A DNA stretch of 64,000 nt. Origin: Acidimicrobiia bacterium. GTDB lineage: Bacteria; Actinomycetota; Acidimicrobiia; Spongiisociales; ZC4RG35. The position numbers and the translations under genes are program-made. Every line of letters begins with the position of its first letter. Within the stretch, counting starts at the first letter, position 1. Below, one piece after another: positions 62,547-64,000 of this stretch. The notes beneath the pieces are model-generated. The model had not been told where the DNA came from, did not search any database, and saw nothing but the letters and a program-made list of their open reading frames with translations. Location of the stretch: positions 20,311 to 84,310 of the forward strand of contig JBOGEX010000110.1 of NCBI GenBank assembly GCA_050741915.1, written 5' to 3'.

Positions 62547-62649
62547 GTCAGCGGTCGTCGGCCTGGCCTACGCCGTCACCTACGGTTTGGTCCTCTGGTA
62601 TGCGGGCCGGCTCTACCGGCGGATGCGCCGGTTACGCGACCGGGGCTGA
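62539..62649 (+). CDS. ccmD: CcmD-like 36-aa membrane protein (not in the ORF track)
   Basis: MPESAVVGLAYAVTYGLVLWYAGRLYRRMRRLRDRG. It has a single TM segment plus an Arg-rich tail. The ATG overlaps the ccmC stop. It sits between ccmC and ccmE, as expected for ccmD. Confidence 0.6.
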   Translation: MPESAVVGLAYAVTYGLVLWYAGRLYRRMRRLRDRG

Positions 62650-62651
62650 CG

Positions 62652-63032
62652 TTGCCCTATCGAAAGTTCCTCTGGCCCGCACTGGCGGCGGTGGTGGCAG
62701 TTGTGATCGCCCTGGTGGCGACGAGCCTGGGTGACAACCTCACCTATTACCTGACGCCGAGCGAAGCCGTGGCCGAGCCCACAGGAGATCGATTTCGGCT
62801 GGGGGGTTTGGTGGTCGAGGGATCTCTGACCGAGGATGGGGGCGTCAAAAGGTTTCAAGTGACTGACGGAGCCGAAACCATCAACGTCGAACTCAATGCT
62901 CCGGCGCCGCCTCTATTCGCCGAGGGAGTGGGAGTGGTCGTCGAGGGACAGTGGGCGGGTGACTCCTTTGCGGCCGACCTTGCCCTGGTTCGACACGACG
63001 AGAATTACGTCGTTCCCACGACGGTTCCCTGA
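62652..63032 (+). CDS. ccmE: Cytochrome c-type biogenesis heme chaperone CcmE
   Basis: TM anchor followed by an OB-fold region (RFRLGGLVVEGS...VVVEGQW). The heme-binding motif is LVRHDENYVVP. Confidence 0.85.
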   Translation: MPYRKFLWPALAAVVAVVIALVATSLGDNLTYYLTPSEAVAEPTGDRFRLGGLVVEGSLTEDGGVKRFQVTDGAETINVELNAPAPPLFAEGVGVVVEGQWAGDSFAADLALVRHDENYVVPTTVP

Positions 63033-64000
63033 TGTTCGCGCTCCTCGGTTTCCTCGGCGTGATCGTCGCGCTCTTGGGTTCAGTCAGCCTGGTCAAAGCG
63101 GGGATCGCCCAGTCGCGCACCGAGAACGCGCTCCCCACCAATGGGCTGCGACTTTCGATCGGGGCCATCGTCGGCGGGGCCGTCGTTGCCTTCGGGGCGC
63201 TCGAAGGGGCCCTTCTCGCCAACGACTTCACCCTCGAGTACGTCGCCAACCACCACGCCCGCGCCACCCCGTTCCCGTTCAATCTCGCCACCGGGTGGGC
63301 CGCCCTCGAGGGCTCGATTGTCCTCTGGGGCCTGGTGCTCTCTGTGTTCACCTATTTCGTCTGGCGACGATTCTTGGAGGCGCCCGATCGACTTGGCGCC
63401 GGGGCGCTAGCGGTCATGGGCCTCGTCGCGATCTTTTTCTTCGGTCTCCAGGTGACGGTCGCCAATCCATTCCAGGTTTGCACCGATCCGTTGTCGATCG
63501 GCTGCGCCGCCGCCAGTCCGTGGCCATGGGCCGCCGCCGCCGCTCCTGCCGATGGTCCCGGGCCCAACCCCCTGCTCCAGAACCACACTCTCATGGCCAT
63601 CCACCCGCCCATGCTCTACCTCGGCTATGTGGGAATGACCGTTCCCTTTTCCTACGCCATCTCGGCTTTAGCACTCGGCCTACCAGGAGCGGAGTGGCTG
63701 CGCCAGAGCCGACGTTCGGCGTTGGTGGCGTGGACGTTTCTCACCCTCGGGATCACCCTGGGCGCATGGTGGGCATACGAGGTCCTGTCGTGGGGCGGCT
63801 ATTGGGCGTGGGATCCCGTCGAAAACGCCTCCTTCATGCCGTGGTTGGTGGCCACCGCTTTCCTCCACTCATCGCTTGTGCAGGCGCGCCGTGGAGCCCT
63901 TCAGTCGTGGAACTTCGTCTTGGTGATCGGCGCTTTCGCCCTGACCATTCTCGGCACCTTCCTGACCCGCTCGGGGACCATCGCCTCGGTCCATTCCTTC
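63032..64000 (+). CDS. ccmF: Cytochrome c heme lyase subunit CcmF (5' part, runs off the window)
   Basis: My own translation from the ATG at 63032 (TGATG overlap with ccmE) stays open to 64000. It reads MFALLGFLGVIVALL...NPLLQNHTLMAIHPPMLYLGYVG...WAYEVLSWGGYWAWDPVENASFMPWL, which contains the WWD domain. Confidence 0.85.
   Translation, partial: MFALLGFLGVIVALLGSVSLVKAGIAQSRTENALPTNGLRLSIGAIVGGAVVAFGALEGALLANDFTLEYVANHHARATPFPFNLATGWAALEGSIVLWGLVLSVFTYFVWRRFLEAPDRLGAGALAVMGLVAIFFFGLQVTVANPFQVCTDPLSIGCAAASPWPWAAAAAPADGPGPNPLLQNHTLMAIHPPMLYLGYVGMTVPFSYAISALALGLPGAEWLRQSRRSALVAWTFLTLGITLGAWWAYEVLSWGGYWAWDPVENASFMPWLVATAFLHSSLVQARRGALQSWNFVLVIGAFALTILGTFLTRSGTIASVHSF

Overview
This is a visibly high-GC, gene-dense bacterial chromosomal segment of about 60 CDS. 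It has actinobacterial-type hallmarks: many GTG/TTG starts, pervasive 1-4 nt GTGA/ATGA/TGATG start-stop overlaps, and several apparently leaderless genes. I cannot assign a taxon from this window. Most of the content is housekeeping:
- acyl-CoA metabolism (fadD-like ligases, CoA-transferase III/racemase, SDRs, MaoC);
- malQ, tam, rhodanese plus sufE, and murI;
- a menaquinone block (menF, menD, menC) that carries a c-type cytochrome gene;
- manC placed divergently from a GT81 (GpgS/MpgS-like) glycosyltransferase;
- gcvP behind a glycine riboswitch, then ychF, gpsA, aspC, pyk;
- a System I cytochrome c maturation cluster ccmABC(D)EF that runs off the window end.

Accessory-looking content includes:
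- a VapBC toxin-antitoxin pair;
- a secreted HExxH protease with three SLH domains;
- an archaeal-order herA-mre11(sbcD)-rad50(sbcC)-nurA operon;
- a Cas4-like Fe-S nuclease followed by two coupled GTPases;
- a LuxR/LAL regulator, a secreted SNase-lamin-tail nuclease, and LEA-like and histone-H1-like repeat proteins;
- three consecutive beta-propeller proteins.

The structure least explained by these genes is non-coding. (i) Two ~110-nt composite hairpin repeat clusters bracket the large wHTH-TPR-TM-beta-propeller gene. (ii) A ~50-nt structured element occurs twice, and one copy is flanked by a ~47-nt duplication that un-overlaps menF and menD. (iii) A dispersed C-tract/G-tract repeat family with covarying GNA-triloop hairpins occupies three intergenic loci. 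(iv) A 52-bp near-perfect palindrome fills a divergent promoter gap, and its outer 9-mer recurs at a second acyl-CoA locus. No rRNA, tRNA, CRISPR array, transposase or integrase was recognised.
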